A DNA stretch of 64,000 bases, from contig PLGI01000080.1 of assembly GCA_003139775.1 (NCBI GenBank), forward strand, positions 34,063-98,062, given 5' to 3'. Every line of letters begins with the position of its first letter. Position 1 is the first letter of the stretch. The translations under genes were made by a program, and so were the position numbers. Source of the stretch: Syntrophaceae bacterium (GTDB lineage Bacteria > Desulfobacterota > Syntrophia > Syntrophales > Smithellaceae). The notes under the pieces were generated by a model. It searched no databases and had not been told where the DNA came from. It saw nothing but the letters and a program-made list of their open reading frames with translations. Positions 9,088 to 18,673 of this stretch are shown here, in pieces.

Positions 9088-10563
9088 TCAGGTATGAGGC
9101 GAAAAGACCTTTTTGTAAATATTACTAAAACTATCTTTGCCGCAGGCCATCATGAGCGTTAAAGGCATGACTTTTTTTGCCTGCTGGAGCATCTTTTCCG
9201 TAAGTTCATGAATATCCCATTGGGCGTGCGCATCAGCGCGCAAACGCGCCAGATGGTATAGTTCACGGGCGTTGAATTTCATCAAAACTCTTTTACGATG
9301 CGCGTTAGTTAGCACATATACAGCAGCAAGCGGCGTTTTTTTCTTAATTTGCTCGTAAGCGTTTTTTGTATGGCGCATAATTTCCATAAAATTCTTTTGC
9401 TGGCCGATTTTGCGTACGGCGGGAGGAATAGTTACGTTCAGTTGCGGATCATATTCTTGAGCGATAATTGTGGACAGACGGTGCCTTTTTAATTGCGCGA
9501 AGCAGCTGGCGCTCAATATTAGCTCAAATTGCAAAGCGACATTTTCCAATTCCCGCAGCACGGCATCGTGCGCCTGTAAATTCGCGAAAGCAGTCTTGAA
9601 CAAGACCTTTTTTTCTTTCGAGGTCATACTGTTTGCCTGGCTTAAGCACGAAGAATAATTTAAAGTGGATGAAGAAAACAGCAAATCCGCGGTTACTTTG
9701 TTATCTGCAGCGTCAGAGACAGAAATCAATTTTACGTCAGACAATTTTTTAGAACCCTCTGATTGAGGAGAATATTTTTGTAATAAAACGGAAGCTTGGC
9801 TGCGCAGATTTTGTCTGGTAAATTTGTCATAGTCAGTAGCCTGGGTATAGCGGATAAGGGAAGGCGCGATATCCTTTGTCGCCGCGAATAGTTTTTTACT
9901 GTATTCCTGCGCTTCAGCAGAAGGCAGCGCGGCCAGCCGCCGCAGCATGAGCTCCAGGTTGCGGGCGTTAATGGTCATGCCCAGTTGCGTTTCAGTTGCC
10001 AGTGATATCACATAGCGGGCGTCTTCTTTAGCCCAGCCTTCCAGAAGCGATTTGTTGGCCGGGTTTTCCGCCAGTGTTTTATGTTTGTCAAAGATGTACG
10101 GTCTTAATTTTTCGTAGAGTGCGTGATAATATTCATTTTGAGTCTGGACAGTATCTGTGAACAAATCGGTCAGGCTTGCCTGCTTGATTTCTTCAGGAAC
10201 AACAAAATCTTTATTAAAAAGCACGTAGCGTTGTGATTTTTCCGTAAAAGAACATAAGCGGAATTTTTCAATTTCTTCGACAAGCAATCGGGACACGCCG
10301 ATCACATCAATATTAAACACGGCATGTTCGGCAACGGAACTGTGCCCCATTTCAAAAACTATGTTGCGGTTAGATTGGCGCGCCTTGTCCACTTCGTCGC
10401 GGGAGATGTCGCGCAATTCATTGACCGGTTTTGGGTTGCGGCTGATGCGCGCGTAAGCCGCCGAAATAGTTTCCGGTGTTAAATCCTGTTGCATTCCGCT
10501 TTTATCTTTTAGTGTGCGGATAAGATCATAATCCAAATTGTAGCCGGCAAGAAGAATTTTCAT
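9088..10563 (-). CDS. thyX: FAD-dependent thymidylate synthase, internally duplicated (two ThyX-like halves)
   Basis: 491-aa ORF. The N-half reads HSSVAEHAVFNIDVIGVSR...KFRLCSFTEKSQRYV. The C-half reads QLKRHRLSTIIAQEY and ARELYHLARLR. Confidence 0.75.
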   Translation of the reverse strand: MKILLAGYNLDYDLIRTLKDKSGMQQDLTPETISAAYARISRNPKPVNELRDISRDEVDKARQSNRNIVFEMGHSSVAEHAVFNIDVIGVSRLLVEEIEKFRLCSFTEKSQRYVLFNKDFVVPEEIKQASLTDLFTDTVQTQNEYYHALYEKLRPYIFDKHKTLAENPANKSLLEGWAKEDARYVISLATETQLGMTINARNLELMLRRLAALPSAEAQEYSKKLFAATKDIAPSLIRYTQATDYDKFTRQNLRSQASVLLQKYSPQSEGSKKLSDVKLISVSDAADNKVTADLLFSSSTLNYSSCLSQANSMTSKEKKVLFKTAFANLQAHDAVLRELENVALQFELILSASCFAQLKRHRLSTIIAQEYDPQLNVTIPPAVRKIGQQKNFMEIMRHTKNAYEQIKKKTPLAAVYVLTNAHRKRVLMKFNARELYHLARLRADAHAQWDIHELTEKMLQQAKKVMPLTLMMACGKDSFSNIYKKVFSPHT

Positions 10564-10711
10564 AATATTACGTAGAGTTCAGGACCTTTCGGTTTTAATG
10601 TTATGCAGCACTTTATGTAGTTTTGTCAAAAAAAATACCGCTTAAAATGGCTTGTAAAGCATTATTTTTAAGTTTAAGGGTAACCACACCACCCCTGAAA
10701 ATCAACCTTTT

Positions 10712-11518
10712 TTAAAGATTCACCAACTCAACACGGCCAAGTGTGCGTCCCAGAAAACGTTCGCCAATCGTTTGAAAGCGATAAGGCAAATCGCTTACAT
10801 AAAAAGTATAATCCGGTGGCGTGCAATTATGGTTGCCCATGTTTTGTTTATTGATCAACTCAGCGGCGATATCGGCCATTGCTTCCGCCGAGTCAATAAG
10901 CATTACTTCCTGTCCCAGAATATCCTGCAGTAATGGTTTTAAAAGCGGATAATGAGTACAGCCCAAAACCAGCGTGTCAATTTGTTCGGCAATAACCGGT
11001 TTTAAATATTCCTGAACGATAAGCTTTGTTGCCGGATGATCAAACCACCCTTCTTCTACCAGAGGCACGAAAAGAGGGCAGGCTTGCGAAAAAACCTTCG
11101 CTTCTTTATCTAAAAGGTGGATAGCCCTGGCGTAAGCGTTACTGTTGATTGTTGCCGGTGTTCCAATGACTCCGATTGATTTGGTTTTGGTATTTTGTAT
11201 GGACATGCGGGCGCTGGCGTCAATTACTTCTAGCACGGGCACCGGCGATAAATCAATTATCGATTGATGGGCGACTGCTGCCATCGTGTTGCACGCAACG
11301 ATCAATAACTTTACGTCTTTCTTAATAAGAAATTCTGTAATTTGCGCCGCGTAGCGATTGATTGTTTCCACCGATTTAATGCCGTAGGGCACACGCGCGG
11401 TATCGCCGAAATAAATGATGTTTTCAAAAGGTAGACGTTCCATCAAAGAACGGACGACCGTCAGGCCGCCAATACCGGAATCGAACACACCTATGGCATT
11501 ATTTGTTTTTGTATTCAC
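10712..11518 (-). CDS. murI: Glutamate racemase
   Basis: 268-aa ORF with IGVFDSGIGGLTV, VACNTM and GCTHYPLL motifs. Confidence 0.92.
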   Translation of the reverse strand: MNTKTNNAIGVFDSGIGGLTVVRSLMERLPFENIIYFGDTARVPYGIKSVETINRYAAQITEFLIKKDVKLLIVACNTMAAVAHQSIIDLSPVPVLEVIDASARMSIQNTKTKSIGVIGTPATINSNAYARAIHLLDKEAKVFSQACPLFVPLVEEGWFDHPATKLIVQEYLKPVIAEQIDTLVLGCTHYPLLKPLLQDILGQEVMLIDSAEAMADIAAELINKQNMGNHNCTPPDYTFYVSDLPYRFQTIGERFLGRTLGRVELVNL

Positions 11519-11666
11519 GAGTTATATTCTTCTTTAAATTGTCTATTTATGCAAGGTTTCCACCGGGGAAATGTTTATCATAACTAATCAGAATATAGCA
11601 AGATTTCTTGTAGATATATTTATAACACAGACGGGAATGCGCAGAGATAAAAACATTTGCATTTCT

Positions 11667-13103
11667 TTATCTAGAAGAAATATATTTTTTAAATTGCTGA
11701 ATCATATAATTGTATTTGTTTATTGCTGAATTTCTCCGGAGAACGGATTTATTGTAAGCGTTATTATAGTATCTGTTTTGTATATTTTCCCACATTTGTT
11801 GTTCACCGACTGTTAAATCTTTTTCACTATCAGATTTATGGGGGAAAGTGCGCTTGAATAATTCATCGCGGTACTGATCAAGAGCTAATTGCGCATCTCT
11901 TACAGGGTCGATTGAATTGGGATCAACGCCTACTTCATCCAATACCCACTTCTCATACTTGGCGCCATCTAGGCTGCCATCAGGTTTCGATATCAGGATG
12001 CCTGCATTCCAATCTACAAAATGGACTAATGACTGAGAATCCACATAGCAATATACATCACGTTTGGAAGGTGTTTTTAATGATCCTCTTTCCGCCTGGT
12101 TTGTTGCCAGAGATTTTCCATTTTGTAATGCTATTACCCGTTCGGCAGCCACGCAAAAATTTAAATTTTGTCCTTGAGTGTATTGGAATGTTGCCACACC
12201 GATAACTTCGCCACGCATATTCAGCAAGGGGCCGCCGCTGTTGCCGGGTGATATAGGTGCCGATACTTGAATATACTTTACTGCTTGCGGAGAGCTTCTT
12301 ACGCCAGATATGATGCCGTCGGAAACAGTCTGTTCGAGTCCCTCGAAACCCAATGGGTTGCCGATTACAATTACCTGCTCGCCGATATCAGGAATTGATG
12401 AAGTTAAAGCCACGGGAAAGATTTCATTGGCGGGTGTTTCCGTTGAAGCAATCACCAAATCTCCAACAACATCAGTGGCAACTATTCGATTAATTTTGTA
12501 AATATTACCCGATGAAGTTTTAATCTCAGCATTGCCGGAATCGCTGAGAACATGCTTATTAGTGGCGATGAATCCCTGATCGTTGATAAAAAAACCGCTA
12601 CCCTTCACCCCTCGCGCAGTTTTAACGACAACCACGCTGCGTGTATTTCTGCGTACAATATCGGAAAGAGATAGTTTTCCCTCTTCTCTTGAGGGCACAT
12701 TAATTACAGGATTTTCCGACAATTTCGTTTCCGGTACATTTCCAAGTCTGTAATTTTCGGGAGATTCCGGTAAAGAAGCGGAAGGGGTTATGGCCACATT
12801 CTTCGGTTCAGTTTTTTCTTTTTGAGAATATTTGATTATAAACGGAACTAAAAAAGAGTTGATTATCACTATCGCTGCAACAACAATAATAGCATATTTC
12901 AATATCGGGTTTATATTCGACGGCGAACAGTTTGAGGGTGCTGCACTGGGGGGTTCACTAGCTTTTTTTATTGGTGCATTATTTTCAGTAACGGCAGCGG
13001 CCTTCCATTTTGCGTAGACGATGCCACATTTGGGACATTCAGCGGCATTAATTACTTCATCAATTGGCATTCTTTCATAACCACATTTAGGGCATTTTGT
13101 CAT
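11667..13103 (-). CDS. Membrane-anchored trypsin-like serine protease with N-terminal zinc ribbon and an unknown C-terminal domain
   Basis: CPKCGYE...CPKCG ribbon, one TM segment, and an S1C-type core (ATNKHV..., GNSGGPLLN). The start is set at ATG 13103 (TAGGAG 6 nt upstream), not the longer ORF start at 13181. Confidence 0.75.
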   Translation of the reverse strand: MTKCPKCGYERMPIDEVINAAECPKCGIVYAKWKAAAVTENNAPIKKASEPPSAAPSNCSPSNINPILKYAIIVVAAIVIINSFLVPFIIKYSQKEKTEPKNVAITPSASLPESPENYRLGNVPETKLSENPVINVPSREEGKLSLSDIVRRNTRSVVVVKTARGVKGSGFFINDQGFIATNKHVLSDSGNAEIKTSSGNIYKINRIVATDVVGDLVIASTETPANEIFPVALTSSIPDIGEQVIVIGNPLGFEGLEQTVSDGIISGVRSSPQAVKYIQVSAPISPGNSGGPLLNMRGEVIGVATFQYTQGQNLNFCVAAERVIALQNGKSLATNQAERGSLKTPSKRDVYCYVDSQSLVHFVDWNAGILISKPDGSLDGAKYEKWVLDEVGVDPNSIDPVRDAQLALDQYRDELFKRTFPHKSDSEKDLTVGEQQMWENIQNRYYNNAYNKSVLRRNSAINKYNYMIQQFKKYISSR

Positions 13104-13222
13104 AGTAACTCCTAAAATTGGATGGATTACATGGTTGTGAAAATAATTAAAGCAACTAACAACTTCATCAAGTTGGTTCAATTATATAATATTTTTTAAA
13201 ATAAATTCAATATAATATGTCA

Positions 13223-13407
13223 TTAATCCCGCGGTTTGAAATCCCCCGGTTTCAGCCGGGGGATGAATGCGGTGTAACTCGCGGGAGGTCGCGTTATTCT
13301 CTGCTTCGCGGGATAATTCGACCTACAAGCTTCAGTGCACTTTGTTTCTGAAGCTTGGGTCTCATTATTGTGGGGAGCCTCCGGCTCCTGCCGGAGGGGG
13401 CTCCACT
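13223..13407 (+). repeat. Multi-hairpin repeat element, copy A
   Basis: Near-identical over most of its length to 26032-26202. Contains the hairpins CCCCCGG/CCGGGGG, AAGCTTCAG/CTGAAGCTT and GGAGCC-TCCGG...CCGGA-GGCTCC. Confidence 0.85.
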
Positions 13408-13599
13408 ATTGGAATATCCCCTCATTGAACAGTAAAATAGTCGGTTTTACATGTCAATAAAATGTGAAGAGATTCTTATGCTGCTGTTTATTGTCGAGCG
13501 TAAATTGTTTTTCTTACAGCTTGAAAGCAAGTATGTCCGTGAAACTTTTTAAAGGCTCATTTTCAGCAAGCAATATTTACACTAGCTTCATATTCGTGA

Positions 13600-14865
13600 T
13601 TACACCTTAAATTTATTTAAGCCATCGAAGTCTAAGGTAGTCAGATAGTCTTTTACTGTTTCGGCGCGGCGGATTTGTACAACTTCACCATTTTCTCTTA
13701 GCAGCAGTTCTGCCGAACGAAGCTTGCCGTTGTAATTGAATCCCATGGCGAAGCCATGCGCGCCGGCATCATGGATAACAACAATATCGCCGCTTTCCAG
13801 CTTGGGCAAAGCGCGGTCAATGGCGAATTTATCATTATTTTCGCAAAGTGAGCCGGTTACGTCATAAACAAAATTATGCGGTTTGCGTTCCTTGCCCATA
13901 ACCGTGATGTGATGATAGGCGCCGTAAAGTGCGGGACGCATCAAGTTAGCCATGCAGGCATCCAGACCGGCAAATTTTTTATAAGTATTTTTAATATGCA
14001 GAATGCGGGAAATCAGATAACCATAAGGGCCGGTGATGTAACGGCCGCACTCCGTAAAAAGTTTAATAGGGGCCAAGCCGTTGGCAACAATAATTTGTTC
14101 ATATTTTTTCTTGATGCCACGGCTCATTGCTTTGAGGTCTATGCGTTTCTGCTCCGGTTGGTAAGGAATACCCACACCCCCGCCGATATTGACAAATTCA
14201 AATTTGATTTTCAGCTTTTGTGAAATTTCCACTATCAGCTTAAATAATATTTCCGCCGTTTCTGCAAAGTAATGGGCGTCGAGTTCATTGGACGCGACCA
14301 TGGTATGAATGCCGAATCGTTTGACGCCTTTTTCTTTACAAATTTTATAACCTTCAAAAAGCTGTTCCCGCGTGAAGCCGTATTTTGCCTCCTCGGGATG
14401 GCCGATAATAAAATTTCCTTTTTTTAAAGATCCGGGATTGTAGCGGAAGCAAATCAAGGAAGGCAATCCGGCGCATTTTTCCAGATAGTCAATATGGCTG
14501 ATATCATCCAGATTGATATTGGCTTTTAATTTTTTTGCCAGAAGAAATTCTTCCACGGGTGTGTCATTGGAGGAAAACATGATTTCTTTGCCGGTGATCC
14601 CCGTTTTTTGCGCCATGATCAGTTCCGCCAGCGAACTGCAATCCGCGCCGAAGTCTTCCTTGTGCAGAATTTTCATCAGGTAAGGATTAGGCGCGGCTTT
14701 GACGGCAAAAAATTCTTTAAACCCTTCGTTCCAGGCAAAGGCGTTTTTGAAATCGCGTGCGTTCTCCCTGATGGCTTTCTCATCATAAAGGTGAAAAGGC
14801 GTCGGATATTTTTTTATGATTTTTTCGATTTGGTTTTTTGTAAAAGGCAATAACTTTTTCGACAT
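13600..14865 (-). CDS. PLP-dependent decarboxylase, Orn/DAP/Arg decarboxylase family (diaminopimelate decarboxylase-like)
   Basis: Reads YPTPFHLYDE..., FAVKAAPNP and a C-terminal beta-barrel region. The start is set at ATG 14865 (AAGGAGAG upstream), not 14916. Confidence 0.7.
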   Translation of the reverse strand: MSKKLLPFTKNQIEKIIKKYPTPFHLYDEKAIRENARDFKNAFAWNEGFKEFFAVKAAPNPYLMKILHKEDFGADCSSLAELIMAQKTGITGKEIMFSSNDTPVEEFLLAKKLKANINLDDISHIDYLEKCAGLPSLICFRYNPGSLKKGNFIIGHPEEAKYGFTREQLFEGYKICKEKGVKRFGIHTMVASNELDAHYFAETAEILFKLIVEISQKLKIKFEFVNIGGGVGIPYQPEQKRIDLKAMSRGIKKKYEQIIVANGLAPIKLFTECGRYITGPYGYLISRILHIKNTYKKFAGLDACMANLMRPALYGAYHHITVMGKERKPHNFVYDVTGSLCENNDKFAIDRALPKLESGDIVVIHDAGAHGFAMGFNYNGKLRSAELLLRENGEVVQIRRAETVKDYLTTLDFDGLNKFKV

Positions 14866-14986
14866 GAGGCTCTCCTTGAAATGTGCGTATGGAAATAACA
14901 TATTCCTAATGAACAAATTTACGGTAAAAAATAAAATTTATCAATGTTATTTTATGTCAGGAGGACTAGCCGGTGAATGTAAAACG

Positions 14987-15988
14987 TTATAAGAAAAAGT
15001 ATTTGAAAAAAAGATAAGTGATTGCGGAGATAATGGCGGTAATAGGAATGGTTAAAATCCATGCCCAGACAATGTTTCCGGCAACACCCCAGCGCACCGC
15101 GGAAAGTCTTTTGGTAGCGCCGACGCCGACTATAGCACCGGTTATTGTATGAGTTGTGCTGACGGGAATTCCGGCCAAAGACGCACCGATAATCGAACAG
15201 GCGGCAGCCGTCTCGGCGCTAAAGCCGCCAATGGGACGCAGCTTGGTAATTTTAGTGCCCATAGTTTTAACGATACGCCAGCCGCCGAACATAGTTCCCA
15301 GAGAGATCACCGTATAGCAGGCAATGATAACCCAGATGGGAATATGAAAAGTGTTGCCGAGAAGTCCCTTACTGAAAAGAGCCATCGCAATGATCCCCAT
15401 CGTTTTTTGCGCGTCATTCATACCGTGTCCCAACGAATAGACCGCGGCGGAAACAAGCTGTAATTTTCTGTATAGTTTATCTGAACGAGCCATATTGGAA
15501 TGCCGGTTCAAATTTAAGGAGATGACCATAAAAACAAAACCTAAAGTCATTCCGATAGCAGGGGAAACGATGATAAAAATAGTTGTTTTCGCAATGCCGG
15601 ACCATATCAGGGTGCCAGTGCCAGCCTTGGCAATACCAGCTCCGATAAGCCCGCCAATCAAGGCATGGGAAGAACTACTGGGAAGGCCGTAATACCAAGT
15701 GGTTATATTCCAGATAATTGCTCCACCCAAAGCAGATAGTATCAACAGGTTGTCTACAACTTCCAAATGTATTATGCCCTTGCCGACGGTGTTCGCAACT
15801 GCTGTGCCTACAAAAAAGACGGCGGCAAAATTAAAAAAAGCCGCCCAGATGACAGCATATTTCGGCGAAAGAACACGAGTGGAAACAACGGTAGAAATGG
15901 AATTCGCTGAATCATGAAAACCATTAAGGAAGTCAAAAACCAGCGCGACAATAACAAGAAATATGACAAAGCCCATCGACTCAAGCAT
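14987..15988 (-). CDS. Inorganic phosphate transporter, PiT family
   Basis: 333-aa polytopic ORF with GFHDSANSIST and GMNDAQKTMGII motifs. Confidence 0.9.
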   Translation of the reverse strand: MLESMGFVIFLVIVALVFDFLNGFHDSANSISTVVSTRVLSPKYAVIWAAFFNFAAVFFVGTAVANTVGKGIIHLEVVDNLLILSALGGAIIWNITTWYYGLPSSSSHALIGGLIGAGIAKAGTGTLIWSGIAKTTIFIIVSPAIGMTLGFVFMVISLNLNRHSNMARSDKLYRKLQLVSAAVYSLGHGMNDAQKTMGIIAMALFSKGLLGNTFHIPIWVIIACYTVISLGTMFGGWRIVKTMGTKITKLRPIGGFSAETAAACSIIGASLAGIPVSTTHTITGAIVGVGATKRLSAVRWGVAGNIVWAWILTIPITAIISAITYLFFKYFFL

Positions 15989-16601
15989 GCTTCAAGACGA
16001 TCCCTTCCACAATGTTGGATACATCTTCACAAACATCAATTGCCTCTTCAAGGAGTTGAAAAATATCTTTCCATTTTATAAGTTCGATCGCGTCTTTCTC
16101 GTTTTCGAAAAGATTGGCCATGATAGTTCTTAGAACAATATCACCGGCATTTTCCAGCGTGTTAATTTCCACACAACCGGCTAGAATCATTTCGGAGTTT
16201 TTCATGTTGCGCATTGCCTGAACAATGCTTTTGACTTTTTTTATCGCGTCATTCAATATTTGCGCCTGCTTGATTATTTCATCCGCCGGCTTTTTGACTT
16301 TATAAAGATGAACACGGACGGCAGTGGCTTCAATGACATCCATAATGCTATCCATTTTATTAACAAGGGCGTAGATATCTTCACGGTCAATAGGAGTGAG
16401 GAAAGTCTTGTGCATTTTTTCATATGTTTTATGGGTAATACCGTCCGCTTCGTGTTCAATTTCCTTGAGCTTGGCGACTTTCTCCTCAGAAAAATCACGA
16501 GTTTGAGCCATTTCCAGAAAAAGTTTACCGCCCTCTTCAATTTTGTCGGCCAGCTCTTCAAAAAGTTCAAAAAAATTATCTGTTTTAGGAAAAAGGCGCA
16601 T
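15981..16601 (-). CDS. DUF47 / PhoU-like phosphate transport regulator (PiT accessory)
   Basis: 206-aa helical ORF. It overlaps the PiT start by 8 nt, which is the typical pairing. Confidence 0.8.
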   Translation of the reverse strand: MRLFPKTDNFFELFEELADKIEEGGKLFLEMAQTRDFSEEKVAKLKEIEHEADGITHKTYEKMHKTFLTPIDREDIYALVNKMDSIMDVIEATAVRVHLYKVKKPADEIIKQAQILNDAIKKVKSIVQAMRNMKNSEMILAGCVEINTLENAGDIVLRTIMANLFENEKDAIELIKWKDIFQLLEEAIDVCEDVSNIVEGIVLKHA

Positions 16602-16728
16602 GAGAAATACCTCTCTTTATTTTTTCCAGGGGTTTATAAATTCACGCAGTCCTCTAGCGAATTTTGAAAAATAATGCAAGCTGTTTTAAAGGCACAAGAC
16701 CCCTGCTTTGTGGGCTTATTGTATGTTG

Positions 16729-17217
16729 TTAAAGAGTTTTGACGTATATAATTTTACTGTCACCTTCCATATAATAATCCTTTAAGACAGCTTCTTTTTG
16801 ATAACCGCAACTCTCATAAAAACCATGGGTTGGTTGATATTGATCACGGGAAGATGTCTCCACGTAAATTCGTTTGCCGCCTAGATCGTAAATAATTTTT
16901 TCTGTTCTCTTCATTAAGTCTTTACCCAGGCCTATACCTCTGGATTGTTCATCGACAGCAATCCAGTAGAGGTCATAGCTGCCGGAAGTTGCCGGGATAA
17001 GGCCAAAGCAGGTATATCCATGAACAATCTGCTTATCTTCGGCAAATAAAAACTGGTATGAACTGGCATTGCCTTGATCAAGCTTTTCCTCGGCTAATTC
17101 TCTGGCTAAAGCAATTTCTTCGGTAGAAAAAAATCCGCTTGATCTCACAATTCTGGAGATTGCATGCGGGTCTGCTGCCATGATCTCCTGACGGTAAATT
17201 AATGTGTTTGCGGTCAT
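16729..17217 (-). CDS. GNAT family N-acetyltransferase
   Basis: 162-aa ORF with the acetyl-CoA binding motif VDEQSRGIGLGKDLM. It is the last gene of the kamA operon. Confidence 0.8.
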   Translation of the reverse strand: MTANTLIYRQEIMAADPHAISRIVRSSGFFSTEEIALARELAEEKLDQGNASSYQFLFAEDKQIVHGYTCFGLIPATSGSYDLYWIAVDEQSRGIGLGKDLMKRTEKIIYDLGGKRIYVETSSRDQYQPTHGFYESCGYQKEAVLKDYYMEGDSKIIYVKTL

Positions 17218-17572
17218 AGTAGTACCTCAAACTTGCGGTAGCACATTGCGAAACATAAAACATACTGCGCCAATAGACACAATCCCGCCCAAAGATAGTC
17301 CAGTGTTAAGGCTTGCTTCATATAAATAAGGGCAAAGCCGGCAAAAACAATCATAGTGATAACTTCCTGAATAATTTTAGCTGGCCCAAGCTATAATATT
17401 GAAAACCGATTCTATTGGCCGGCACTTGTAAAGCGTATTCAAAAAAAGCGATGCCCCAACTGAATAATATCACAAATACCAGAGGTTTGCTGTTGAAGTT
17501 TTTCAAATGACCGTACCAGGCAAAAGTCATAAACACATTAGAAAAGAAAAGTAAGATAATTAATTTGAACAT
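17214..17572 (-). pseudogene. DUF486 (DMT-like small membrane protein), interrupted by a -1 frameshift in an A4 run
   Basis: The 73-aa ORF ends prematurely. Reading from 17379 in the -1 frame gives IIQEVITMIVFAGFALIYMKQALTLDYLWAGLCLL..., which ends in an ATGA overlap with the GNAT start. Confidence 0.7.
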
Positions 17573-17655
17573 TTAGTTGATATTCTCCAAATGTTTTATT
17601 TATATCATCATTGCTTAAAAAAGAACGTTTTGAAGTAATCAATGTTTGTTGCAAT

Positions 17656-18648
17656 TTAAAAACGCCTCAACGCATCATCTATGATTAGTGCAATACCCTC
17701 GTGATATTTGAAAGATGCTTTTTCCATAGCAAAAGCGAAGCCGGCCTCCAGTGACAAACAAGGATTAGCATTAATTTCCAGTACCCAGGGGGTGCCATTT
17801 TTATCCACCCGGAAATCAACGCGTGCGTAACCGCGCAGATCGAACAGTTTCCAGCATTTTTTGGCGATTTCCTGCAATTCGGCGATTAATCCGAAATCAT
17901 CTTCGGAAAAATCCATTGTCCGCGAGGTGTTTTCGTATTCAAAAGAGCCCTCTACCCATTTGGCGCGGTAATCCAATAACTTCAATTTATCTGCTCCATA
18001 ATCTATGAATTGCATTTCCGCTGCCGGAAGAGCTACGCATCCGGATTTGCCGGCGATAAGCGCTATGTTAAATTCACGTCCGTCAATATATGCTTCGGCA
18101 AAACAGCTTCTGCCAATTTTCTTATGGCGATCTTTCATTGTGCTTAGAATATCAGTTGCAGCATCAAGAGTAATTATGGACTCTTTGTCCAAGCCGACGG
18201 ACGCATGTTCCCAAACGGCTTTAAGTAGGAATGTGGCAGAAGGAGCCTGCCCGTTGCAAATCCCTTTTGGAGAAATCCATGCAGGAGTGGCAATCCCCGC
18301 GGCTTGCATTAATTCCTTGGCCAGTGGCTTATTGGATGTAAGATAGATAGCATCCGTACCTGAGCCTGTATAGGGAATGTTCAAATGATCCAAAAGAGCC
18401 GGAGCAAAATAAATTAAACTGCCTTTGGTATTGATAGTTTCCACAATATTAAAAACAAAATGCGGACGCAAGGATGTCAGTGTGTCAATTGTCTTATTTA
18501 AATCCAAAACAAAGGGGAGCAAAATTGGTTCGTAATCTAATTGGCGGAGCGCCCCGGAAATAGTTTTCGCCTGCATTAGACAATCAAGTTCGTCTTCACT
18601 GGCATCGGGAGCAATATCGCTGTGTAAAATTACAACTTTTTTCATCAT
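17656..18648 (-). CDS. D-alanine--D-alanine ligase-like ATP-grasp enzyme (paralog 2)
   Basis: 330-aa ORF with Ddl-like N-domain and ATP-grasp core (GYARVDFRVDKNGTPWVLEINANP). Confidence 0.8.
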   Translation of the reverse strand: MMKKVVILHSDIAPDASEDELDCLMQAKTISGALRQLDYEPILLPFVLDLNKTIDTLTSLRPHFVFNIVETINTKGSLIYFAPALLDHLNIPYTGSGTDAIYLTSNKPLAKELMQAAGIATPAWISPKGICNGQAPSATFLLKAVWEHASVGLDKESIITLDAATDILSTMKDRHKKIGRSCFAEAYIDGREFNIALIAGKSGCVALPAAEMQFIDYGADKLKLLDYRAKWVEGSFEYENTSRTMDFSEDDFGLIAELQEIAKKCWKLFDLRGYARVDFRVDKNGTPWVLEINANPCLSLEAGFAFAMEKASFKYHEGIALIIDDALRRF

Positions 18649-18673
18649 TAATTTTTGGCGGATTTTAACCGTC

